NCBI GenBank assembly: GCA_030704615.1 | Contig: CM060734.1 | Location: 63,674,001-63,738,000, forward strand | Length of the DNA: 64,000 bases | Source: Takakia lepidozioides | Taxonomy: Eukaryota; Plantae; Bryophyta | Direction: 5' to 3' | Part shown: piece after piece, positions 53,138 through 64,000 of the stretch | How positions within the stretch are numbered: the stretch's first letter is position 1 | How the letters are laid out: each line of letters starts with the position of its first letter | Notes under the pieces: model-generated | What the model saw: the letters and a program-made list of their open reading frames with translations, nothing else | What the model was told of the DNA's origin: nothing | Database searches by the model: none | Translations under genes and position numbers: made by a program

Positions 53138-56100
53138 ATGTAAGTAGTCCATCTCTTGTTCTGTAACAGAACCTATCATACTGTCGGCGAATGAGTTCTT
53201 GGGGAAATTGTACGATTGCTGGACCGGCGGTATTACTGTTTGCATTGCACATATCATGCTCTCCTTTGAGGATAAGGAGATTTCACTGTCTGACCTTAGT
53301 GGATGTTTTAGACTTGTAGTTTAGTTGCACCACGCTTGCAGCATGTCACTCATGTTTGTAGACCAACTTGCCAGGGTATGTGTGCCTCTCTTTGTCAATC
53401 ACACAGAGAATACTTCGAGCTCTGCTGGTTGTGTTCTTGATCTAAGATGGGTGACAGTGAGCGGGCCAACGCTATGACACTTGTCATGAAGAAGCAGTAT
53501 GCTCAAAATAACATCTTATCTCTATGTCTCTTATCTCTTTCTCTCTGTGCATCTCTATTACAAGACAGACCAAAGGATTAGGGTTAGGGTTCAGGAATAG
53601 TAGAAAGGAATTCGTGTTCTAAATTTCCCTGAGGTTGCTCTGTGTGCATCTCTATTACAAGACAGAAGTTCAGGGCCCAAGGGACTAGGATTACGGTTAA
53701 GGAATAGTAGAAAGGAATTCGTGTCCTAATTGTCCTGATGCACATGATAAGGGAAAGGGTTAACTCCCCAAGATCTGAGTGTTGCACTCTATGCAGGTCT
53801 TCTCGAATTTGCGTGAAGAATTTGCCGAGGTATGTGACAGATGAGAAGCTTCGCGAGCATTTTGCAGCGAAGGGCGAGGTTACAGATGCTAAAATTATTC
53901 GCACCAGGCATGCTCTCTATTGCCCCTGGTCATTAGTGTTCCAATTTTTTTCTAGGCATGGGTTTTGAGTTCACAATATACTGATGATAGTGAGTATTCT
54001 GAGGGGCTTGTGTGCCACAAGGCTACATTATGTCTAGCAATGGCAAAGCATACAGAGAACGGATGATCTCTGAGCACCCTCTCCTTTGAAAACCAACCTT
54101 TCTCATTTCACCTACCACTCTGTAATAGCTGGTGCTGTTGGTATATTCAGGTGGGGTCTGACAATGGATCATGATTGTCTCTGGGACGTGCAGAGATGGG
54201 AGGACTCGGCAGTTTGGATTTGTGGGATTCCGAACAGAGGATGAGGCCCAGGATGCTGTCAAATATTTTCACCGCTCTTTCTTTGACACCAGTCGTCTTT
54301 CCTGTGAGGTAAGTCTGCTAACAACTAGAGACTGCAGCCACATAGACTCCAGTAAGCTGTCTTGTTGATTCTCAAGCCCAATGGAAAACTTCTAGTATTT
54401 TGCGGAATGGTGCCACAACTTTTTCTAGGATTATGTGTGGAATACAATTCTAGATTCTCAAATAATTTTAGTTTTACCATCCTTGGTACATGTACAGCTG
54501 GCACATGCCATTGGAGACCCCAATCTGCCAAGGCCTTGGAGTCGGCACTCACGAGGAAGCTCTGCATTTGACAAAACCCAAATTGCGACTGACAAAGAGC
54601 CATCTACCTTGGTGAAAGCAAAGAAAGGGGCAGGAATAGATCAGGATGAAATAAGTAAGGGTGCCAAAGCTTTTGATGACATAAAAAATGATCCCCAACT
54701 ACTTGAATTTTTAGAAGTGATGCAGCCCCGTAGTAAGACAAAGCTGTGGGCCAATGATTCGACAGTGGCACTTGGGATCAGGGGGGACAGATCTGAGAAG
54801 GGTTCCAAGTTAAATAGGGGAAATGGAAAGGAGCAACCTCCCCAGTTAGAGGTTAAGACTGTTGATGGAGTACTCAAGTGGGTTCCGGTGGGTAAGGACA
54901 AAGGCGCGGAAAAGTATGTCCATGTCCGGTTTGAGGGTGAAATTGATACTGACGACAGTGATGATGGTGCATTGTATGAGGAAGCCCCTCTGTTGGATAA
55001 AGAGGCAGAAGGGACAAAGCGGGTAGAGGAGAGTTTGAGTTTAGAGATTGGGGGAAAAGGCAGAATGATTTCTGGTGAGAAAGACCCCGTGGTGAAAGAT
55101 GAGAGGGTGTCTGATTTGGAATATATGAAGAGCCGGATGAGAGGAGGGGATTGGAGTAGTGACGAGGAGGAGAAAGGGTGTGATGAGAGAAACAAGCCTG
55201 TCTTTACAGATGTGACTCTAGAAAAAATATCAGATGAGGCTGGTACAAGTTCTGCCAAGGAAGACGAGACAGAGTTTGGGGAGATGGACATGACTGATGC
55301 CTCAAGCATGGCGGTCATGCCGGCAAGAGAGAATGGATATGAAGACGATAGAGAGGAGAGGGAGGAAAGCAGGGGTAGGATCAATGGAGCAGGTGAAGGT
55401 GAGGAAAGTCTGGATCAAATAGTTGCTGAGGAGCAAGAGAGTGTTTCTGAGACTGGACGTCTCTTTGTGCGGAATCTACCCTACACTGCCAGGTGATATT
55501 CAACTTTTAAATATGAGAATGTGGAGAGAGAAGAGACTAAAATGTGTAGTGAAGGTTATGCGTATGTTAGGTGAACCAGACACATGGTGTTTGGTTAGCA
55601 GAAGGAAGAGTGGGACAAGATGAGAGCAGTCTGAGCGAGAGTCAGACTGAGCAAGTCGGAGAAATGTGTAGAAACTTTGGAATCCATATGCGGGCAAAGC
55701 CAGACAAATTTTGGATATCACTGAGGCAATAGTAGTTGGTGGAATACAGCGAGGAAGAACTGGCAGAGATTTTTGGCAGATTTGGGGAGCTCTCACAAGT
55801 ACATTTGGTTCTAGACAAGATGACGAAGCGCTCCAAAGGCCTGGCGTACATTCTATTCATGCTTCCAGAAGCTGCAGTTAGGTAATTTTTATGAACATGT
55901 GATTTGCTGTTGTCAAGAGGAGGATGTTGCCTCAGGGTTTGCATGAATTTGGTTTGCACTTCAGTCTCTTATATCTGAGTTGGCCCCTTGCTTGGGACCA
56001 AACTGGGTACTCATAAATGAATATCACTAAAGCTTTTAAACTGAATTTTCTCTATCCCCCTATCAAGGTCTATTCGTTCATGGGTTTTGGTGCACAAGCT

Positions 56101-57088
56101 TTGTTGGTTCTCTGCAGTACTCTGTCTTGTTTGTATCGAATACAGAGCAATGGAGGACCTGGACAAATCCATATTCCAAGGGCGATTGCTTCATATTCTG
56201 CCTGCTAAGAGACCCCCTCCTGCCCCCGAGCCAAAAGAGTATGCTTGGCCCTCTCCTGCCTCCTCTTGTCTTTGGGGATTTGATGTGCTGGTGTTCCACC
56301 TGTCCCTCAAATTTTATTAAGCCGCTGGTTTGAATTTAGAGAAAGTCTGTGCATGCTGAGCTTCTCTGCAACTATCATTGACCATGGATGGGTTGTGCTC
56401 GCAATGGTATTATAACTCATAATGCAATGCAGGGCTGCTGGGAGGGGCCCAGGGTCAACGAAGTACAAGCAAGACAGAGAGGCTCAGAGAAAGTCAGCGG
56501 AGGCTAGTGGGAACATAAAAGCTTGGAACCCTCTTTTCATGCGCCCAGACACGGTGTGCATGGTCTAGTGCTGTTGTTGGGTGTCTGCAAAGATCTGTAG
56601 TTTTACTTCAGAAATGTTGGATGTGTTCTCATGCATCTTAGGATTATACCTGTGTTGAGTTAAATCTGGGTCGTGATTATTGAAACTTTGTGGTCACACA
56701 ATAAGGCAGCTACACAGCTGCTGCTGTTCAATTTCCGACATCAACAATGAATTTGTTTTGGCAGATAGCAGAGAACGTGGCAAGGCAATATGGCATGTCC
56801 AAGAGTGAGTTTCTGGACCCCGAGGCAGAGGACTTGGCTGTGCGAATGGCACTGGGCGAGACTGATGTAATTGCACAGACGAAGCGTTCACTCAGTAATG
56901 AGGGCATAAATGTGGATGTCTTGGAGGAGGTGGCATCTGGCAAAACAAAAACAGTGAAGAGGAGTAATTGTGTGATGTTAGTAAAAAATTTACCGTTTAC
57001 AACATCAGAAGGGGAATTAGTATCCATGTTTGGTGCTTTTGGCAGCCTTGGACGTGTTGTCCTCCCCCAAACTAAGACACTTGCTCTG
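53138..57088 (+). CDS. RBM19: Multiple-RRM pre-rRNA processing protein (RBM19/MRD1), 5' part; exons 53138-53139 (tentative), 53797-53907, 54194-54308, 54498-55492, 55750-55881, 56146-56238, 56433-56553, 56765-57088
   Basis: In-frame splicing gives [71 protein letters not shown]. Remaining exons were not seen in the window. Confidence 0.92.
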
Positions 57089-57265
57089 GTAAGCTGATCT
57101 CTCTTCTCCCTCCATCTGAAGCTCCCATGGATGAAAGTATTTCCTGCTTCTGTCTCATGACCTAAGGGTTCTCATGCCCCCTTATCTCCTGCCGCCCGTG
57201 GGCTTGATGAATTCTTTTTTGTTTTCTTCTCTCGCTCCCTCTTTGTCTCTCTCTCTCTAGTCTCT

Positions 57266-57545
57266 ACCCCTGTTTACCAACTTTGAAAGTCTCGAGGCTG
57301 AGCCAAAAGCCCAGGCCCTCCTGAGGCCTAGTTTTTGGGCAAATCACACACAGCAGATTGATGCTTGTGTGAAGGGATTTCTAGAGGATATCTGGAAAAC
57401 CCGGATTAATTCTTTCTATGGAGGTAAGTCTTACTACCAACGTCAGCCCCTGACAGAGGTAGGTTCTGTCCCTTTTGTTCCCGCTCAAACTGGGCGCGGG
57501 GTCAATGGCCACAAGGCTACGGCAAACAACGTCTTATGAGTACAA
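57266..57545 (+). mobile_element. 5'-truncated LINE 3' end with 14-bp TSD
   Basis: Near-identical to 62240-62519; TSD TCTCTCTAGTCTCT at 57252-57265 and 57546-57559. Confidence 0.9.
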
Positions 57546-58399
57546 TCTCTCTAGTCTCTGCTCTAGTCTCTCCCTGTCCACTCGGAAGCCCATTGCCATT
57601 GGGCGGGCTCGATATGGGAGTAGAATGGGGCCTCTCCCTCTTAAGAGTATGTCTACGCAGGCGATTCCCTGCAGCTCCTTTGGAGTGATGATCTCTGATT
57701 GGTAACAAGTGGATCCCTGCCGCTTGGGGGCAGCCCCTCCACTCAAAGTGGGCAGTTGCATGCTCTGTCTGGCATGCTTGGCACATGGGCTAGGTCTGCC
57801 CTTGTGTTTATACATCTAGCATGCCAAAAATGAAAATTCATTTGACGATGCTTTGAGCACTGTCTGTACTCCCCAGGGTGAGTCCTGGAACATGGTCACC
57901 TATGCCAAATCTAGAGCTTCATGTGTAGTGTTGGGGGTGAATCCCAAGATGGACGGTGCGTCCTTAAAACTACTTGCTCAAATTAAGGCTTGGATCATGC
58001 AGTTGATGGCACCATCTCAAGACTTGGTATCAGAGGTGCATTGGAGGTGACAATGTCTAAGAATGCTACAAGTAGAGATTCACTTCAATGCGTGCAGGGG
58101 TGAATGAAGAATATGGCATGCCAATCCTCAAAGTCTACACAGGACGATCAATGTCTACACACAATGAAACTGACCCACAAATGCAAAACTGCAGGATGTC
58201 TAGGGGCATTCAATACTTTAATGCCCTGGTGGGGAAGGGTCTACAACAAGACAATGTCATAGGGCTTTTTGGTGTGGACAAGCAAACTCCCACAGAATAA
58301 GACTTTTGTTGATAGAACAGCTTTTGACCTTGAACAATAGGTCCATAGAAGACCCTTTGCAGTGGACTAGTGAAAAAGCCCAAACTGGGGAACAGTCAA

Positions 58400-60120
58400 C
58401 TGTGGATTATCTTGTACTGAGGAGTTGTTCCCCCAGTGTGCCAAAGTGGTGGTTGATAGAACCGATATTGCGTCTTCTGACCACTTTCTTGTATGAACTG
58501 AGATCAAAAGGTGTTTGTTTAACACCAAGAGATCTGTGAAACATTCGATTTGCAAGTGGCGCATAGGAAAAGTCGGAAGGAAGAGGTCCAGACAGAATAT
58601 GTCCAGACCTTAAGTGAGGCTCTTCCACACTTGATCCAACCACTTGAAGACCTCTCTTCTTGCTTAGGTGATGCAAGAAGCAAAGTCGAACGAGCTGTAG
58701 ATTCCTGGGAGAGTTTCGTCACCTCTGCGGCTGATAAGATCATTGGGAGGAAACTAATTGTCTGTGGTGGAGCAGTAAATTGGTGGACCAATGAGATCAA
58801 GCTCAAGATTGGTGAGAGATGGGCACTTTATATAGACTGTATCAGAAACGACAAGGATCTGTGGTCTCGATCTACCAATTGGGCAAAGATGTTAACCACC
58901 TTGTAAGGGCTCAGAAGAAACTTTATTGGGGATAGTTGTACCGAGACATTAACTTGAACCACCATGGTGGTATTTATAAGAGATTCTGGTTGGCCTTACA
59001 GCATTTGTACAAGCCGAAGAATGGCAAGTAAGTCCAACTGTAACTGGCATGCGCATATACAAAAAGTGATTCAGTCAGCTAAACGCAAAGCTTTGGTTCT
59101 CACTAAGTTTTTCCACTGCAGAGGGATTAATACTGAAGTTAAAAGGACCATGGTTTGCAATGTTAGGTGGAACAAAGGGGAACAGACACTACCTTTGAGA
59201 GGGGCTCACTCAGGTGGTTTGACTTACCTTGATAAAGACAATTAGTTCAGAATTTTGGGATATCCTCTAGTATCCCTTCACACAAGCATCAACTTGCTGT
59301 GTGTGAGCTGCCCAGCAATTAGACCCCAACAGGACCAGGGCTTTAGGCTTCAGCCTCAAGATTGTCAAAGTTGGTGAACAGAGGTGCTGGGACAATGTTC
59401 TTGATGGTCACTCTGTGGTAAGAATATCCCGGACAAGGTCTCAGAAAATGGATATTGTCTTCAGGCTGCTGGCACATTGGGCAATCACAATCTCCTCTTC
59501 CTCACTGCATCTATTTGCTAGGTGAGCTTCCCGCCCCCAGTTTAAATTGCAGTCTAGTGCGGAGGGTAGGTAGGCCCTTGAGAACATCCTTAAGGTCCTC
59601 GCCCATGTGACAGACTGGAAACAAGTTCACTGAAGTCTTATGCCTAACTTCATTTTTCATCAGACTGTCCTTGGGCATCAGACATGGCTTTGGACACAAC
59701 CCCCTCCAGGTCAGCTTCATCCAGTACGGTCAATTCTTCTGGACTAACATTCGGATACTTGAAAATCTCTTCTACCCTTTTTTGCCAAGACTTTTGTTTA
59801 ACAGGACAGTCTTGTTTCCAAGAAAAGCGTCTATCATCATATTTGGTATTAGGCATGCAATTCCACTGACCCTCCATCTGACCTTGAATTCATCATGTTG
59901 AGCACTTCTGGTAGGAATGCCTAACTCGTTCCGAACAGACACATTAGCTGTGCTACAATAAGCCGACATGCTTTCTTTGAGCACCGCGACCTGAATGGAT
60001 TCAAGAGATCTAACATGGTGGAAATGCCAACCCACACAGCAGATGCATACTCCAAGGCCGGCCTACTATGGCAACAAGGGTACGGCAAAGTACGTCTAGT
60101 GAGAACATTCTCTCTCTCTC
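58400..60120 (+). mobile_element. Older decayed LINE of the same family, with 59167-60062 inverted
   Basis: Similar to the 61059-62513 protein (NCNW.AHI, FFHCRG, RPALEY); 3'-end motif and (TC)n at ~60070-60126. Confidence 0.8.
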
Positions 60121-60833
60121 TCTCTCCCTTTCGCTGGCGACAGGGGGTCATTGTCAATCTATACAAGAAGGGTGACAGAGAAGAACCGGGGAACTACTGT
60201 GGCATCACGCTCCTCAATGCTGTTGGCAAGACATTCTGCAGAGTTATAAGTACTCGTCTCGAGGTTGATCTGGAGTCTAGAGGTTGTTTCCACGAAGGCC
60301 AAGCTGGCTTTCGGCGAAACAGGGGCTGTGTGGATCATATCTAGAACATTCTCTCTCTCTCTCTCTCTCTCCCTTTCGCTGGCGACAGGGGGTCATTGTC
60401 AATCTATACAAGAAGGGTGACAGAGAAGAACCGGGGAACTACTGTGGCATCACGCTCCTCAATGCTGTTGGCAAGACATTCTGCAGAGTTATAAGTACTC
60501 GTCTCGAGGTTGATCTGGAGTCTAGAGGTTGTTTCCACGAAGGCCAAGCTGGCTTTCGGCGAAACAGGGGCTGTGTGGATCATATCTAGAACATTCTCTC
60601 TCTCTCTCTCTCTCTCTCCCTTTCGCTGGCGACAGGGGGTCATTGTCAATCTATACAAGAAGGGTGACAGAGAAGAACCGGGGAACTACTGTGGCATCAC
60701 GCTCCTCAATGCTGTTGGCAAGACATTCTGCAGAGTTATAAGTACTCGTCTCGAGGTTGATCTGGAGTCTAGAGGTTGTTTCCACAAAGGCCAAGCTGGC
60801 TTTCGGCGAAACAGGGGCTGTGTGGATCATATC
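60102..60833 (+). repeat. Tandem triplication of a ~243-bp unit spanning a LINE 5' junction
   Basis: Units start AGAACATTC(TC)n at about 60102, 60343 and 60588 and differ mainly in TC count. Confidence 0.9.
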
Positions 60834-62532
60834 TTCACTCTAAGCCAGATTATCCAGAAGGGAAACCCACTTATGTCTTTTTCCTGGATGTCAAAAAGGC
60901 TTATGACACAGTGTGGAGAGATGGCCTATGGTTCCGCCTCTGGTCTTGTGGGATCAAGGGAGAGTTGTCCACAACTTGTATGCTCACACCAAAAGCTGTG
61001 TCACTGTTAACGGACAGAAGTCCAACTTCTTTGACATAGACCAAGGTGTAGCTCAAGGATGTACTCTCCCCCTCTGCTCTTCAATGTTTTCATCAATCAA
61101 CTCCTCGAGGATGTGGAAAGTGAGGGATTTGGGTTAAGGGTGGGTGATACCACCATACCAGCCCTTATGTTTGCGGATGACTTCGCAGGCATAGGGGAGA
61201 CTCCAACCAATCTCCAGGAGTTGATTGATTGCACGAAGAGATACTTTGATCTTTGGGGGCTAGAGGCTAATGTCAGCAAATGTGCAGTGGTAGCATTCAA
61301 CGACAGAGGAGAGGGAGGAAGTGATCTTAAGTGGCAGTGGGGTAGTCAAGAGATCCCGGTCCTCCCTTCCTACACTTACCTGGGCGTTGAGTTCTCCTCC
61401 AATTGTAATTGGGATGCACATATCCGGAAAGTTGTTCAAACTGGCAAGGGCAAAGCTCTGGGGCTCACTAAATTTTTCCACTGCAGAGGGGTCAACTCTG
61501 AGGTTAAGAAAACCATGCTTTGTCGCGTTATTAGACCTGCCTTGGAGTACGGATCTGCTATATGGGTTGATAACTCCAACCAGGCTAAGTCTCTAGAATC
61601 CATTCAAGTGGGAGTGCTTAAGGAGTGTATGTCAGCATGCTCCAAAACAGCCAATGTGGCTGTTCGGGGTGAGTTTGGCATTCCGTCCTTAAGCTCCCGA
61701 CGAGATGAATTCAAGGTCAGATGGTGGGGTCAGCTGCAACATATGCCCAACACCAGATATCCTAAGTTAATCGACTCTATATCTTGGAAACAGGACCGCC
61801 CTGTCAAACAGGCTAAGTCCTGGCAAAAGAGAGTAGAAGAGATCCTCAAGGACCTGGACCTGGATCCGCAAGTCTTGGCCCTGCTGGATAAATCTGCCTT
61901 AGAGGCTGTAGTGTCCTCAGCCATGTCTGTTGCCATGAGATTGTCTGATGAAAATGAAGTTAGGCAGAAAACTTCCCTGAACTTGTGTCTAGTCTATGAC
62001 ATGGGGGAGGACATCTTGGATGACCTCAAGGGTCTACCCACTCTCGGCACTAGACTGAAATTTAAACTCAGGGCAGGAAGCCTACCTTTGAACAGCAAAC
62101 AGAAGCAGAGAGGAAAGGGAGAGTGCAATTGCCCGTTGTGTGGGCAATCTGAAGACAGTATTCATTTTCTGATACACTGTCCGGGGTTCTCTCACCAAAG
62201 AGACGCTCTCTTCAAATCTATTAAGGGTATTGTGCCTGTACCCCTGTTTACCAACTTTGAAAGTCTCGAGGCTGAGCCAAAAGCCCAGGCCCTCCTGAGG
62301 CCTAGTTTTTGGGCAAATCACACACAGCAGATTGATGCTTGTGTGAAGGGATTTCTAGAGGATATCTGGAAAACTCGGATTAATTCTATTTATGGAGGTA
62401 AGTCTTACTACCAACGTCAGCCCCTGCCAGAGGTAGGTTCTGTCCCTTTTGTTCCCGCTCAAACTGGGCGCGGGGTCAATGGCCACAAGGCTACGGCAAA
62501 CAACGTCTTATGAGTACAATCTCTCTCTCTCT
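60120..62532 (+). mobile_element. 5'-truncated young LINE (RT plus C-terminal CCHC; clade uncertain, RTEX-like)
   Basis: NYCGITLL, QAGFR, FLDVKKAYD, GVAQG, MFADD, YLG, CPLC..ED..HF..C. Stop at 62513 followed closely by (TC)n. Two frameshifts near 60860 and 61065. Confidence 0.92.
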
Positions 62533-62544
62533 GTGAAATAAAGG

Positions 62545-64000
62545 TCCGCTCAAACTGGTCGTGGGCTCAAAGGCCACAAGGCTACGGCAAACGTGGTCTT
62601 ATGAGTACATTCTCTCTGAAATAAACTCAAATCACCATGGTGGTAATGACAAGAGATTCTGGTTGGCCCTTCAATGTCTGTACAAGCCGAAAAATTGTCA
62701 GCAAGTACAAGCGCTGAGGACTACTAAGGGTGAAGTGGTGACTTCAATGGTTGACATTGTCAAAGCCTTTCAAACTCACTGCCGTATCCTTGGCAGAAAT
62801 TCTAGGTCTAACAGTGAGGGTCTTCTGAAGAATGGAAGACACAGTTGAAAAAACTGTTCCTATGTAGCCTGATGAACTGGAGTATGTTTCAAAGGGTTAC
62901 AACAAGCTCCCATTAGTTCTTCTGAGCATTTCAACGGATATAAAGCTGGTGGACCTGATGGCATAGTCAAGAGCTTATCAAGCACTGGGGCGACCCCATG
63001 ATAGAGGCCCTTGTACTTCTCTTTAATCCTATCTGGAGGACTGAAATGATCCCCTTCGCTCGCGACAGGGGGTTATTGTGAATCTACTCAAGAAAGGTGA
63101 CAGGGAAGAGCCCGGGGACTATGGAGGCATCATGCTTCTCAATGCTGTTGGCAAGATATTTTGCAGAGTTATCTCGAGGTTGATCTGGAGTCTAGAGGTT
63201 GTTTCCATGAAGGCCAAGCTGGCTTTCGGAGAAACAGGGGCTGTGTGGATTATACTTCACTCTAAGCCACAAACTGGCAAGGGCAAAGCTCTGGGGCTCA
63301 CTAAATTTTTCCACTGCAGAGGGGTCAACTCTGAGGTTAAGAAAACCATGCTTTGTCGCGTTATTAGACCTGCCTTGGAGTACCGATCTGCAATATGGGT
63401 TGATAACTCCAACCCGGCTAAGTCTCTAGAATCCATTCAAGTGGGGGGTGCTTAAGGAGTGTATGTCAGCATGCTCCAAGACAGCCAATGTGGCTGTTCG
63501 GGGTGAGTTTGGCATTCCGTCCTTAAGTTCCCGACGAGATGAATTCAAGGTCAGATGGTGGGGTCAGCTGCAACATACACCAGATATCCTAAGTTAATCG
63601 ACTCTATATCTTGGAAACAGGCTAAGTCCTGGCAGAAGAGAGTAGATGAGGTTCTCAAGGACCTGGACCTGGATCCGCAAGTCTTGACCCTGCTGGATAA
63701 ATCTGACTTAGAGGCTGTAGTGTACAAAGCCATGTCTGTTGCCATGAGATTGTCTGATGAAAATGAAGTTAGGCAGAAAACTTCCCTGAACTTGTTTCTA
63801 GTCTGTGACATGGGGGAGGACATCTTGGATGACCTCAAGGGTCTACCCACTCTCGGCACTAGACTGAAATTTAAACTCAGGGCAGGAAGCCTACCTTTGA
63901 TCAGCAAACAGAAGCAGAGAGGAAAGGGAGAGTGCAATTGCCCGTTGTGTGGGCAATCTGAAGACAGTATTCATTTTCTAATACACTGTCCGGGGTTCTC
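62545..64000 (+). mobile_element. Further LINE copies: ~70-bp 3'-end fragment (62545-62617), then an internally deleted copy running off the window
   Basis: ccgctcaaactgg...tcttatgagtaca 3'-end motif; 63270-64000 matches 61438-62190; RT core deleted at ~63268. Confidence 0.85.

Noticed and set aside
54641-55384. 247-aa Ser-rich minus-strand ORF
   Set aside because: Antisense shadow of the RBM19 exon.

Overview
Eukaryotic, TE-dense plant DNA: TTTAGGG repeats, spliceosomal introns and Ty3 families typical of seed-free land plants (taxon is inference). There are two intact host genes: an At5g16110/At3g02555-like 'CPKPRR' gene (41978-43016, minus) and the 5' half of an RBM19/MRD1 multi-RRM gene (from about 53138, plus), whose next intron is filled with LINEs. 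The rest is mostly nested relics: two non-chromoviral Ty3/gypsy elements, one chromovirus, three copies of one LTR, an L1 3' end, MITEs and a SINE. Best candidate for a new system: a ~9.6-kb TIR-bounded Mutator-like element (2553-12160). It carries a DDE/SWIM transposase, an intron-containing beta-class DNA amino-methyltransferase-like gene (N4C/N6A fold, DIPDG in place of DPPY), a divergent pair of orphan paralogues and arrays of a 20-bp palindrome. A second diverged copy of the methyltransferase-like gene lies at 23670-25110. Also notable: a LINE that appears to target (TC)n, repeated short in-place inversions confined to decayed TEs (one supported by a flipped TSD), and telomere repeats at truncation points. 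All calls come from manual reading; no searches were run and boundaries of decayed elements are approximate.
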